Positions 1 through 16,875 of a stretch of 64,000 nucleotides of DNA are shown here, one piece after another; the first letter of the stretch is position 1, and the number at the start of each line of letters is the position of its first letter. The DNA comes from the human T2T-CHM13v2.0 reference genome, Homo sapiens: the NCBI RefSeq assembly GCF_009914755.1, contig NC_060940.1; one strand, written 5' to 3'. The notes under the pieces are model-generated. The model saw only the letters and a list, made by a program, of their open reading frames with translations. It made no database searches and was not told the origin of the DNA. The translations under genes were made by a program, and so were the position numbers.

Positions 1-920
1 TTACTGAATGTTTTTCTTATGAAGTACATAAGGCCTGAAAAATCTTATAGAGCAAATAAAAATTCTCTTCCTTTAAAACTAATGTCCCCCAAAAAAGCAG
101 TCCAATATTCCCCAAATGATCATTTTTTTCATAAAGAACAAATTGTGGAAGTTTTTACTGAAAAATTTTTATTATTTTTTGAGTGACTCAGAATAAAGAG
201 TTATAATGAAATTTTCTTGGAGCTTTAACGTTGTAATTTATGATGACTCTAAAAATATACCTATGTATATTAAGTCTGTATTTTACAGGATTATGTATTT
301 TAAATTATACACAAAATAGACACATGTGCATACCCTAAGATTATTAAACTTTACAAATCTATATGTATTTTCTTTTTTTTTTTATAAAATTTCCTGGTTT
401 TGTATTCATACTATACCTGATCATAAGGTAACCCAAAACACATTTACTTTAATAACTTTTACACATTCATAAATATTTTTAAACCCCATAAATGTTTAAC
501 ATTAGTATAGTATATCAAAGTACCATTCTTTTCTCTGTAAATAAATCATTTCTAATCTAAAGACTTAGAAGGAGTGGGGAGAGATGTCAAACAACACATA
601 TCCTTCTGGCCAGGGAATCAAAAGGCATTCCCAGACATTAACTTTTCTCTCCAAATATGAAAAACATATTAAATATATATCTTATAATAAGATGTTTTCC
701 TCATGTTTCCTTTGAGTAAAGTCTGTTTAGTGCATTCCTCTTCCCATTGTGCTATGAAATTCTTGGTCAACTTTGTCATTTCTCCCTCTGCCTGCTGGAA
801 GAAAGCCAAAATCACTGCGATATCATTCACTCAACCAAGACTAACCACGTTAGGTACAGGCAAAAAAGAGCTATAATGCAAAAGAAAAATGAAAAATATA
901 TATATAAATTATACATAGGT

Positions 921-921
921 A

Positions 922-964
<43 letters not shown>
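921..964. repeat. (CA)n microsatellite
   Basis: About 22 near-perfect CA units. Confidence 0.95.
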
Positions 965-1699
965 TGCCCATTACACTACTTCTAAAGAAAAACAGATAAG
1001 AAGGAAAAGAAGACAGGCTGTGAAAACAGACATAAGGCATTCATAGGATTGAAATGAACTTTCAGCACGGCTCAATGTTCTACACTTTAAATTTTTTTTT
1101 TAAATTCATGTGGCCATCTGTATCTGTAATTAGGAGTGAAACCATAAGGGGTTTTTCAAGTGAACCTTTCCTAAAGCTACAAACTGTCATGGTGCTTAAA
1201 GGAGTGGGTGCCAAATGACTTGTATGTTTCTGAGCAGCCATATCGCAACAAACAGCGCGTGTGGGTGGCCACGTTGCTTATATTTGAGGTATGCACGTTA
1301 GCGGTATTAGTTACACTTACATCTCACTAACACAGAAAGTCCTCATATTACTTCTATGATATCTTTCTCACATCTTTTTGCTATGTCTGTCACCAACTGA
1401 TATGCTATGTCAACTGGATATGTCTGGAGCTGTCAATAATTTTTCTGTATAAACATCCTCTTTGAATCAATCTTTTGCCACCTGAATTGTTCCACCTCAT
1501 TTCTTTTGAGCAGCACTAACTCCTTCAAGAGGACAACCACCACTAAAAACATGATATCGAAGCAATCATTCGTTCTGTGCACACATTTTAATTTCATGCC
1601 CTACAGGGGGGAATCACTATCAGCCTTAAGCAAAAATTGAGTCTTTAATGCTTTATTGTTTTACACAATTTATCTTTCAAATAGTCTATTAGCTCTTTA

Positions 1700-1792
1700 T
1701 AAAAAAAAAAAAGAAGAAGAAAGAAAGGAAAGAAGGGAAAGAAGAGAAAGGAGGGAAGGGGGAAGGGAGGGAGGGAGGGAGGGAGGAAGGAA
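1700..1792 (+). repeat. Polypurine tract with A-run, (AAAG)-like and (GGGA)n units
   Basis: About 90 nt of pure purine including gggagggagggagggaggga. Confidence 0.9.
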
Positions 1793-2933
1793 GTTAGTTG
1801 GTACTGGGGATTTAAGGGGCATCCAGCCCCCAAATCTGAAGCTACAAATATTTTACCAACTGTATTTTTATGAAAACAAAGTGAATTTGTCAAATGTCTC
1901 CCCCTTCGCTTGCATATTCCATTGTTATCCCAGCACACTGAGACCTAACAGGTTAAGCCAACCCTGTTGTGATCACCAGAAGAGAGAGAAGCATTGTGTT
2001 TTTTGATATCACAGATTTAAGATGGGTTTTGCAGTGTGGCCTATAATGTATATCTCACAGAAAAAAAAAAAGACAAAAGATGTGGGGGTGAGAGGCAGTG
2101 GGAAGCAGTGAAGAATAAAAAATAATATGAGCAGGAGAATGTATGAATGTGTATATATGATCAGAACTGGTCTCAAGTCTATTATGTGATTTTTGTTTTC
2201 CTTTGACACAGGCATTATTTTCTCATTGGCAGGAGCCTCCAGTGAAATGCTGGTCTCTTCCTTTTCCCTGTATACGTATTAAGGGTCTAAGATCATGAGT
2301 CAGTGAGGACAAGCCGCCTCAGTCAATTAACAGGAGCATAGCTACACTAAGTCCTGCAATTAGAAGCTCTGACTTAGAAGCTGGAGAAGCAGAGAGTGCT
2401 GAGCGATGCTGAAAAGTCACTGCCCAGAAAAATTTAAGAAACTTTCCAAATCACCCACTCGTAGAACTTCCTTTTTCAATGGGACATTTTTATATATTTT
2501 TAAAAGTATGCATGTAGAGTTAAGTAAAGCGCTTCTTCCAATAAAGACATTTTTTGAAAAATTCTATTTACAGCCCAGACTTTCCTGCCCTCTTGTGGAG
2601 AAAATACAGAGCTCTCTATTCATATAAATAGGATGGCTTTTTAAAACTTGCAGCTGGCTTTTTCAATGGTACGTGTGATTTACTGTCATGTTTGGATCCC
2701 CTGATATTCACAGAACTTTACTAGCTATAAAATCAGAATAACAAAGTAGAGCTAAATAGGTATTATACCGGAAGAAACCATCTAATTCCAGACAAGAAAA
2801 AATTGCATTGATTAGGATCTGTTTGTTTGTTTGTTTGCTGGGAGGCAGGGAAGGGGAGGGAAAGTGAGAGGGAGAAAGTGATTCGTTTTTAATAGTACTT
2901 AGATTTATAAATAAATATATTCAAAATAACTAG

Positions 2934-3443
<510 letters not shown>

Positions 3444-3620
3444 TGCTTTGTTTTTTTAAGAAAGTTGGTTTAAGTGGGTTTAAATTGACCCCAGGAGGCA
3501 GGGGCTGGGGGTCCTGAGCTGCACATTCAACACCCAGCTCCAATCAGTGGCCAACTTATACGTGATTTAGGCATAAATTTGTTTTGGCCGTCCACCAAAA
3601 GATGCTACATTTCATTCTGA

Positions 3621-4012
<392 letters not shown>

Positions 4013-4956
4013 TTAATGGTTTTATAATGGGGGGGAGGAGAAAAATTCATGATCTTAAGTAAAATTATTATGGAGAAATGTCTTAAACTTCAGAAAAGCA
4101 GCATGATCTACTGTAGACAGAGCTTTTCCCCAAGTTGGAGACATTCAGAAGTTCACTAAGCATCCCAAGCATGGTGCAAAGCACCAAGGGCCACATGAAA
4201 GAAACACAAATCATGAGTCCTGCTTTACATCACAAGGTATCTGCCCAAGGACCAATCACATGCAAGGGCCCAGTCCATCTGGGGAGACGAGGCCTATGCA
4301 ACAGCTGCGCAGGAAGGCCCAAATGGACAAAACAGACCCCATAATAAATGGGCCAGAGAGGGGAGGCCAGAGCCTCTGTGATCTCCTGGGAGGAGATAGA
4401 ACCTGGGGAGAGAGAAAGAAGAGAGAAGCCTGCTCCATGTAGCACAAACTGGGGATGGCTGATAAAAAGATTGAGCATGTTGAATCTGAAGGACTCCCAA
4501 GGCATGGCTCTCTAAGTGAAAAGTACTTGGCCCCAAAGAAGGCAAGATAAGCTGAACAGGTGGAATGGAACCAGATGAGATTTCAATGCTGCAATCTGGA
4601 TTTAATCAGCGGGAACCCATGAATGATGTCTGGGTAGGTTTATTGATGACATTTCTACATCTGAAGAGTGTTTCCAGCACCCTAAGAGTGGGGATGCAAG
4701 AGGCAGGGAGGTCATCCAGGTGGTTGTTAAAGTGATTCAGGCTGAGCTACAGAGAAGGCAATGAATCCACAAGCTACTGTCTAAAAAGATTAAGTATCAT
4801 GACTAGGTGACTAAAGGAAAGAGGGAAAAAATATGGGGATGGTGGGACATGACATTGATGAAATCAAGAAAGTGGGTGAGTGGAAAATTCACATGCTACA
4901 TGTTTACTGCCATATGTCAAGTCAGACTCACATGCTGCTGTAGAAGAGTTGTAATT

Positions 4957-5213
4957 GCGCTTTGCAAGGCCAAGGTGAGTGTTCTGCTTGAGCCCAGGAG
5001 CTCAAGACCAGCCTAGGCAACATAGCAAAACCCTGTCTCCACAAAAAATACAAAAATTAGCCCAGTGCAGTGGCGTGTAGTCCCAGCTACTCAGGAGGCT
5101 GAGGTGGGAGGATCGCGAGGCCCGATGGTCGAGCCTGCATGAGCCATGATCACGCCACTGCACTCCAGCCCGAGCGACAGAGCAAGACCCTGTCTCAAAA
5201 AAATTTTAAAAAA
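4957..5213 (+). mobile_element. AluJ, 5' truncated
   Basis: Diverged Alu body and A tail. Confidence 0.85.
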
Positions 5214-5399
5214 GTGGTAATTTTCCCCAAAAAAAAATTTTTAATAAACTTGAAGTCATATAATGGTTTTTTTAAAAATAACGTTTTTCAATATGCCATT
5301 TTAAAAAAAGATTCAGCAAAGTCATTGTCTGAATCTCCTCAAAATGTATGCTTTGTCATAATTCAACACCCACAAAATCACATTAATAATTTCTCAATA

Positions 5400-6000
5400 C
5401 TACATCTTTATTTAAACATTTACTGATAAGTTAATGTATGCCCAGTGCTGTGCTAGTACAAGAAATTCAAAAAATAAAATAAAATGTCAACCCTCACCCC
5501 AAGCAATTTTTAATCTATTAGAGGAATAAGACAGGTACATAAACTACTACAAATATGACAAAATGTAGTCAATGCTGTCTTAAGGGAGTATGAATACAGT
5601 ACATAGAAAGTCAGAGGAAAGAAGTCATTTCAACTAGAAATCAGAGACAGGATTATATGTTCTGGGTCTTGAAAATCAGAAAGCATGAATATTGAAAATC
5701 TCTCCCAAACCTCATAGCCCAAGAATCTGTACAAATGAAGGGAAAGCACACTCCAGGTTAAGAGAGAAGCTTTTTATAAGACAAAAAGGCAAAAAAAAAA
5801 AAAAAAGCAATAGTTCTATTCAGGGTACAAAACACTGCATATAAACCATGACAGATGAAACTAAAAAAGTAGGCACTGGCCAGTTTTGCGAAGGGTTTTG
5901 ATTGGCAGATAAACGATCACTGTGTAATTCTACAGGTCAGGGCAGCCTTTCAAGATTTCAGACAGGATTTTGGCATGATGGAACATGACCCCTATATAAT
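5400..6000 (-). mobile_element. L2 LINE remnant
   Basis: Degenerate L2 3'-end pattern (ttaaacatttactga...tgtatgcccagtgctgtgctag). Confidence 0.5.
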
Positions 6001-6021
6001 TCAGCAAATGTTCTTTAAGTA

Positions 6022-6140
6022 CTTTTTTTAAAATAGAGATGGAATCTCACTGCATTGCCCAGACTGGTTTCAAACTCCCGAGCTCCCGCCTCGGCCTCCC
6101 AAAGTGCTAGGATTACAGGTGTAAAGTCACGGTGCCCAGC
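6022..6140 (-). mobile_element. FLAM / Alu left monomer
   Basis: Single reverse Alu arm; flanking tttaagtac direct repeat. Confidence 0.85.
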
Positions 6141-7129
6141 TCCTTTTAAGTACATTTAACCTGGCAATAATGTGCTTGGGACAGAGGGGGAAAAATGTTT
6201 GCAACAGGTGAGTAAGGGTAACAGAAACAACAATCATCTTAGATAATCACTATCAGCGTCTTAAAACAAAAGCAATACACAAACTGAATAATCTACTATC
6301 ATTTTTTACCAAATACCTATCATAGTCTCAGTAGTAAGTATGAGTGCTGACAGACAGACTTCCAGCAGCATTTAAATAAGAAACTAGCAGGATGCCTCCA
6401 GGCTACAGTTTTTCATTGGAATTCTTAATACCCAGGCTGATCTTCCAACTTAAGTTGCCAAAATAAATGGATATAACCGTTTAACAGAGTTCAAAATTGA
6501 GCCAGAGATGTCAATTCATGTACACATTAGTGAACTTTTATTAGTGAATATCGCAGCCCAAACCAACATTTTCATTACTATAATAGTAACTCTTCTAGAA
6601 GAATATACATACTGTTTGGGGGTTGGAATATCATGCTTTCATCTCTTGGGCATTCTTCTCTCTACCTAAGATTAAACCCAAAAGATGAAAATAATCTACT
6701 TATTCTTGGTGAGCCTATGCCCAAGGCCACCCATTCGATTCTTAATTATAACCCCAGATCATACTATCAAAGTCATTAGACTCATGGGATAGTATCGCTC
6801 TACAAACCCACAATTAATTCTTTCACTGTAAATGTGCTGGATTACGTACAGGTAAAATCCCATCACAATGAATTTAATTATAATAAAAAGATGTGGAAAA
6901 AGATCTGTGTCTCAAGAGAGGGATGCCCTACCAATGCAATGATTTCCACAACTCGGGAATTATTACTAATCTTTGATGTGAAATAATCATTTCTTCTGAA
7001 GGAATTCTATCTCCTTCCAATAGAAGGAAGAATAAGATTTTCTTGTGCTCTTTTATTCTTCATCAAGAAATAACTACCCTTAAAAAAAAACATTTCATAT
7101 GAGATTAAGGTGGAATTTTAAATCTGTCA

Positions 7130-7730
7130 AAATTAAAAACAGCAATAAGTTACCAGCATTTTCCTATAAAATTTGCAAATATCTATTTTGATGATAATAA
7201 CCAGCTTTAGAGAGAGTGTGGAAGCATGAACTGGGACAATCTTTCTAGAGGGCAATTTGACAATATAGATCTACAGTGGTGAAATGTACATACTCCAATT
7301 AAGTAACTCTATTTCTAGAAATTCATCCTAAGAATAAGAAGTAATAGTAGATATATGCAAAAATTTAGCTTTCAGGGTGTTCACTGAAATGCCATTCATA
7401 ACAATATAAAACAAGAGCTTCCTAAATATAAAAATATCTAATTGTTTAAATGAATTATAATACAGCCATATAAAAGAATACTAAGCAGCTACTTAAAATT
7501 ATGTCAAGAACATCGTTTAAATTACTAAAAGACATTACAAAACACCACAGCATGACTCTGCTTTTTTTAAATATACATATTTGAATTTTTAATATAGAAT
7601 AAAAGACTGAATAAAGCATACTAAAATCATAGCTGTAGATTTCCCTGGTCATCAGTTCAGAAGTATTCTTTATTTTCTTTTTTATTTATCCATTATTTCT
7701 CAATTTTCTTCAATAAATATTGATATAAGA
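7130..7730 (+). mobile_element. Old L1 (L1ME-like) 3' end
   Basis: ggacaatctttctagagggcaatttgacaata and ctatttctagaaattcatcctaag resemble the L1M 3' region. Confidence 0.6.
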
Positions 7731-7906
7731 AAAAGGAAAAACAAATGTTTTAGAAACTACTCTTCAGCTGTCTTTTTTCTTCCACTCTTCATCACCCCCC
7801 AACCCGCTTCAGAAAAACCCAGGTGAACTCTCAGACTAACCATCAGAAAACAAAATACAAATACTGCACAAACAAAAATGCACCAAAACAGAAACATAAT
7901 CCAATG

Positions 7907-8222
7907 GTTTTTGTTTTGTTTTATTTAGAGACAAGATCACATTCTGTTGCCCAGGCTGGATGCAGTGGTGCAATCTTGGCTCACTGTAGCCTCAAACTCC
8001 TGGGCTCAAACGATCCTCCTGCCTCACCCTCCTGAGTAGCTAGGATTACAGGTGTGAGCCACCATGCTCAGCTAAATTTTTTTAATTATAAAACTCCCAT
8101 AGAGACGAGTCTTGCTATGTTACACAGGCTGGTCTTGAACTCCTGTCCTCAAGCCCTCAAGTGATCCTCCCACCTTGCCTCCCAAAGCACTGAGATTACA
8201 GTCATGAGCCATCTCACCCAAC
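7907..8222 (-). mobile_element. AluJ
   Basis: Reverse Alu dimer. Confidence 0.9.
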
Positions 8223-8893
8223 CTCAATGTTATTTCTTAATTTCTCCTGCTCGATTTAGAGTACTTGGTTTCATTGCTCATTCATCACAGTAAGTCTATC
8301 TTCCCCATAGTTTCTATTGATAAGCATTGCACTCCTTTGACATGGATTCTTCATAACAAATTCTAATGCAACAAAAATAACTTTAATTGTTCATATTTAC
8401 CACAATAGAAGTCAACTCTAATATTATTTGCTTGTCAAATCTGGATAGACAGAAAGTCACTGTTTAATAAAAACCATGGTAATACCTTTGAAAATTTTGC
8501 TTATCGCGTAATGGGAAACTGCAAAAAAATTATTTAAGACTGTGAGTTCTTCTTTTAGAGCTTTAACCCAAAGAGCTCATCCTAATGATGCCCCTGGTGG
8601 CAGGTAACATTTAATTTTTCTCTGTGTCATTGAAAAAGAATTAGATGTAAAACTCAGGTAAGAGATTAATATTTCACACCCTGAGGCTAAATACTTCAGC
8701 ATGAATATTCATAAAGCCTACACTGAGTGAAATCTCATGTGGGTGTAGATTTAAAATGCTTGAATCTTTTACATAGTTCAGAGACTGGGCATCCCAGAGA
8801 GAAAGGCAAGAATTCAGTCAACTGCAAGAATTTAGTCAACTAACAGGCTATTAATGGCAGGTCTGAACATGCTACTATGGCAAAAAGCATTAC

Positions 8894-8930
8894 ACACACA
8901 CACACACACACACACACCCACACACCCACA
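8894..8930. repeat. (CA)n microsatellite
   Basis: CA run with interruptions. Confidence 0.9.
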
Positions 8931-9085
8931 TGCCTACAGCCAAACCTTTCTTTCTTCTTGGGCTCCTGTAAGTGATGAAGGTAAGTGTTGATGGTCACTA
9001 GGAACAAAAATCAGGGTTTCTCCTTGGTGCTTCAGATGCCTGACTATGAATGTGTCCCCTCCTAAGTTCCAAGGGGACTTTAAGT

Positions 9086-9103
9086 GGGGGGGGGGGGGGG
9101 GGG
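9086..9103 (+). repeat. G18 homopolymer
   Basis: 18 consecutive G. Confidence 0.95.
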
Positions 9104-9105
9104 TG

Positions 9106-9768
<663 letters not shown>

Positions 9769-9999
9769 GGGAGGCAGTAGAGAGAAGAAATGTGGAAAAG
9801 GAAAGGTAGGCAGGACCATCTTGGTGCTAGTTGGAGTCACTTCATTGTAGGTCCACCCACCCATCCCAGGATGACTGTAGGATCCCCCCCTAAGGTAAAA
9901 GACTCCAGGTGAATGTCCTAATTTATCCTTCCCTGTGACAACATTGCTCTTGGTCCCTTGTAGTAATTTCTACCTTAAGAAACAGGAAAACGAAAGGAA

Positions 10000-10350
10000 G
10001 TTACTATGGGCTGAATGTTTGAGTCCCCGCAGAATTCAGATGTTGAAACCTAATCACCAAGGGGATGGTGCTAGGCCTTTGGGAGATGACTGGGTCTTGA
10101 AGGTGGAACTCTCATGAATGGGACTAGTGCCCTTACAGAAGAGACCCCAGAGAGCTTCCCCAACCCTTGTGCCACATAAGAACATAAGAAGACACATCTA
10201 TGAACCAGAAAGCAGGATCTCACCAGACACTCAATCTGCTGGCACCTTGATCAGGAACTTGCCAGTCTCCAGAAGTGTGAGAAGTAAACATCTGTTGTTT
10301 ATAAACCACCCAATCTGTGGCATTTTGTTATAGCAGCCCAAATGGCTCAA
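10000..10350 (+). mobile_element. MLT1A-like MaLR LTR
   Basis: tactatgggctgaatgttt...tgttgaaacctaatcacc...ttttgttatagcagccc. Confidence 0.75.
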
Positions 10351-11448
10351 AGAACTCTCTTAAGCCTTATGGAACAAAGCCTGACATTAGGTAGACATAA
10401 GCCAAAGATGGAAAAACAATATAAAATAATAAGGGCAGAACTAAAGAGATAAGTATAAAAATAAACATTTAGAATAAACTGCCTGCCCAAACAACAACCA
10501 AGGTAGCTAGGGAGCCATGATAATAGCCAATAAATGCCTTCAAGGTATAAACAAAGGAGAAGAAAAGTTTAGTGTAGTATCCTGAGTGATGAAGTAATAG
10601 AATGAAATTTAATCAACGTAAAATGTAGGCCTAGGGTAAACTTCCCAACACATAGAGGATTTTATGCCCTATTCTTCCCATGGGGTAAGGTATTTTTCCC
10701 TCAGAATAACAAAACATGGCAGGACAAATCAGTAGATAATATTCTTTATGAAAGGATCCGGCCTTGACTCTCATATCCAGACCATATGGCTAAATAAATG
10801 CACAAGCCATCTAAAGATTCTTCTCACATCTAAGACCTGAGATGCGTGTTTTCTCAATCCTCACCTCTGCCAAGTTAATACATAGCTGCTCCTCCATTCA
10901 TGCCTGCATCCTTCTGCCATCTCAACCTTGTCAACTACTCTGTATCGCCCTACATGTAAATGTCTAGGGAAATAAACTTCAGCAATTGACAGAGGGTCAG
11001 ATGGCAAAGCAAATGTGCCTCCTCTCAGGAGATCTGCCAGAGCCCTGAGTTCCGTTCTGTTTCCTGTCAATTCTAATGTCCACCATAGTGCACCTCAGGC
11101 AGAGAGCAGACAGGCTTGTAGATCTGGTAACACCTAAGGATCTAGACCAGGAGGAATGAGGTCACCTAGAAACACAGGGAAGCAAATCAAAGTACAGGGC
11201 TGGGGTGATATGGAGTATCAGGGCTTACATTCATTCAACGAACATTTACAGTGTAGCTACTACAGGCGGAACTCAGGAGATGCAAAAGTGAGTCTTCAGG
11301 TATCATGTACCAAGAGAGCCAGGGGACACACAATTAACTACCACGTAATGTGATTATGATAGAAAAGAGGTAAGAACGCAAAGGACTAAAATGAAGATGT
11401 AACAGACAACGTAAGTGCGAAGCAAAGAAACTAGTAAAACACCGTTCA

Positions 11449-11578
11449 GACGGGCAGTGGCGTAAGCATCTATAGCTCCAGCTACTCAGGAGGCAAAGGC
11501 AGAAGGATCACTTGAGCCCAGGAGTTCAAGGCCAGCCTGCACAACACAGCAAGATCCCATCTCTTGAAAAATAAAAAA
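11449..11578 (+). mobile_element. FLAM Alu monomer
   Basis: Single Alu arm with A tail. Confidence 0.85.
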
Positions 11579-11579
11579 A

Positions 11580-12435
<856 letters not shown>

Positions 12436-12622
12436 AGTAACTGTGGCTTAAACAAGATAGAGGTTTATTTTTTCCTCACATTATTCTGCCTATCCCAGGG
12501 CTTTGTACCAGTCTTTAGTTCTGCCTTGATTATTTTCCCTCCAGATCTTAGCTCAACCACCACTTTCTGGTCATTCAAACCTTGGAAAAAAACAGAGGGA
12601 AGAGGTCAGGGCTTGGTATATA

Positions 12623-13642
<1,020 letters not shown>

Positions 13643-13679
13643 TATGACTATTGACTACATGCTATGTAGTTAAGGGAAA

Positions 13680-13739
13680 GTGTGCGTGCGTTTCTGTGCG
13701 TGCACACATGCATGCATGTACACATGTGCATATGTGCAC
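13680..13739. repeat. Alternating purine-pyrimidine low-complexity tract
   Basis: gtgtgcgtgcg...gtgcacacatgcatgcatgtacacatgtgcatatgtgcac. Confidence 0.8.
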
Positions 13740-14379
13740 TGTAGGTGTAGGGATGGGATGGGGAACTGCAGGCAAGAAAGCCTGATAAACTGCAAACAGA
13801 AATGTATCTGTAACAGACCAAATGTACTAGAGAGGGCACCACACCCCTAAGACGCATGATCATAGAAATCTACTAGATAGATTGGGTGAAACCAGACACT
13901 AGAATGACTGAAGATGCTTGTAAGGGAAACAGAAAGGCAAGATTAGTAGACAGGATGGGCTATGGGATAAATGACAAGAAAAAAAGAAAGAGACCCGAAG
14001 TATTCACTCAACAACTTTTACCAAGTACCTACCAACCCACCAAGTTCAGTGGAGGACTTCCTTAGAACAACAGAACCAGGCGTAGTCACAATGGTCTGCG
14101 ACTGCACTGGGGTGAAAGGGAAGATCTTGGAAATAAAAGGGAAGTGGAAGAGTAACACAACATTAATAAGGGATTTTTATGTTGAAGCAATGCTGCACAG
14201 GGATGTAGGAAAACAATGACTAATCTTTGCTTGATTTCATTCTTATTCTTTTAAGCTCAAAACAATATGGTTGACTATATTCATTTCGTATCTGTATTCC
14301 TGATGAGTAGTAGCTTGCTACTCTGATCCAAAGCTTGGGAGAACAAGTGTTGGCTATTAGCACATAATTCTAGCATGGT

Positions 14380-15200
14380 ATATTTCAATATCGCATTTAC
14401 AAACTAGGAAGAAAACACTTAAACATATATTCCATCTTCTGATTCAGATCTTTGGTAAAAGAAAAGACCACGATCGCATAAACATGCCTACTAAGATACA
14501 TCATGTCATGAGAAAAACACATTAGAAAGTACACGAGCACTTTATTCATCATCTGAGACAGGGACTTTTGTGAAAATGCAGTGACAGAGGTTGTGGTCGC
14601 TTCCCTTTGTACATGAGCTGACTTATGCTGTCTATTGTACATATTTGTCAGGTTTCTTAACGTTCCTCTTAATACGGTGTCTTTATTTAGTTCTCCCGAA
14701 GGAATATCAGCAATTTGTGGGAGCAGGAGGAACGCTTCCTGTCAATTCTGCATAATGACCAAAACAGGGTGATTGAATTACTTAATTGAAGCTCTGCAGC
14801 TTGTAACATGAAGCATATTGGGCCCTGTTCATTGTAGAGAGAAAGCAGTGGGTGGGTGTTCACGTAGACAGTATCAACAGAGAGCCAAATCATTTTCATC
14901 TTTATGTTTGCTTTATTTTTCTGAAGCTCATACAATCCACAAGGGACTCTCTCCTCAACTCTGTAACAGCCAACGGGTGATAAGGTGGGGGAGGGCATAG
15001 GTAACTGAAACAGGAGCACATAAAAGCTTTGCATGTAGATTAACAGTTTTATAAACTCATAACAATTTCTATTAGCCCACAGAATTGCTAGCATCCCTGC
15101 CCTCACCTGTTGGCATCACGGCAAAGCTGCAGCTGAGGAACACGCAATTGTATTTACAGAGCGTACGGCGCCAGTGTGCACTGGTCAGATTCTCAAATGT
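14380..15200. promoter_or_regulatory. Candidate enhancer
   Basis: Non-repetitive, retains many CpGs; MEIS-type TGACAG (14582) and CTGTCA (14739), PBX-like TGATTGA (14770), forkhead TATTTAC (15151), E-boxes. Confidence 0.35.
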
Positions 15201-15536
15201 GGCTAACTTTGGGGCTCTCCTAAAAGCTTTCAGCTCCAGAGTCTATGGGTATGAGCTTGTTTGACTGCTGGTGTAGGAAATGTCCCAAGACAGTCTAAGG
15301 GGTGCAGATCAAGACCACAGGTTCAAGTCACCTACACTCCTAAACAGTCACAATTGCTCTTGGCCAGTGACAAAATTACTGTACCATTTAGATGATGTTG
15401 GGGCTGAGTCTCCTAATTCTGGATGCCTCTCAACTCCCCTCAACACAGGATCAATAACATTTTCATATTGTAGAATACATCTTGAGAAGAATCAAGCCAA
15501 GAGTGGAACTAGCAAAACTTAGGGTATTTAAAAATA

Positions 15537-15586
15537 CAGTAGAAGTCCTATTATCTGATTCAGAGCTGATGTTTGACAGGTTAACT

Positions 15587-15654
<68 letters not shown>

Positions 15655-16020
15655 ATGGTTAAATGAAGGAAAATAATTTTAAATAAGTCTATATCTTAAA
15701 CATTTTATTTTACCCTAAAATGTAAATATACATTCATTTAATAAAATCTAATATTAATTCATTAGAAGATGGAATACTATTGTTCACATGTAGTTCCTCC
15801 ATTGTGTAACTACTATATTGTTGATTTGTATTACAGATATATGCTGTCGTCTAATACACTGTAAAGGGAGCATTTTTTTGGCCACCACATGAGAAATTTT
15901 TACTTCTATATCGTTCTTATTGTCTTCATATTCAGCTTTATCTTTTCTTGTGGCATATATGATTTCTGCATCATTCAACTGCATTTACAAGAAATTGTCA
16001 CTCTTGATCCTTTGTTGTAC
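15537..16020 (-). mobile_element. Possible ancient Tigger/pogo remnant (3' TIR plus transposase C-terminal fossil)
   Basis: ta|cagtagaagtcctattatctg TIR-like end; minus ORF 15784-15984 (QLNDAEII...acidic...KISHVVAKKML) resembles pogo transposase tails. Confidence 0.4.
15591..15651. repeat. (TA)30 perfect microsatellite
   Basis: Uninterrupted TA run of about 60 bp. Confidence 0.97.
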
Positions 16021-16061
16021 ACCATCTTCCTTAAAAAAAAATAAATAAAAAACACTGGAAC

Positions 16062-16844
<783 letters not shown>

Positions 16845-16875
16845 GAACCCCTGATTTATTTGAGATCATCTAGCT

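Noticed and set aside
842-855. 14-mer taaccacgttaggt repeated at 38766-38779
   Set aside because: Several exact 14-mer pairs are expected by chance in 64 kb, and the similarity does not extend into the flanks.
8945-8986. Plus-strand 8-nt microexon look-alike (ctgtaag|TGATGAAG|gtaagt)
   Set aside because: Weak AAG acceptor and opposite to the presumed host strand; it shows that such motifs can arise by chance.
14300-14327. CTGATGA-hairpin-CTGA as a hammerhead ribozyme or C/D box motif
   Set aside because: No GAAA after the stem and no stems I/III for a hammerhead; far too short for a snoRNA and lacks the closing stem of a k-turn.
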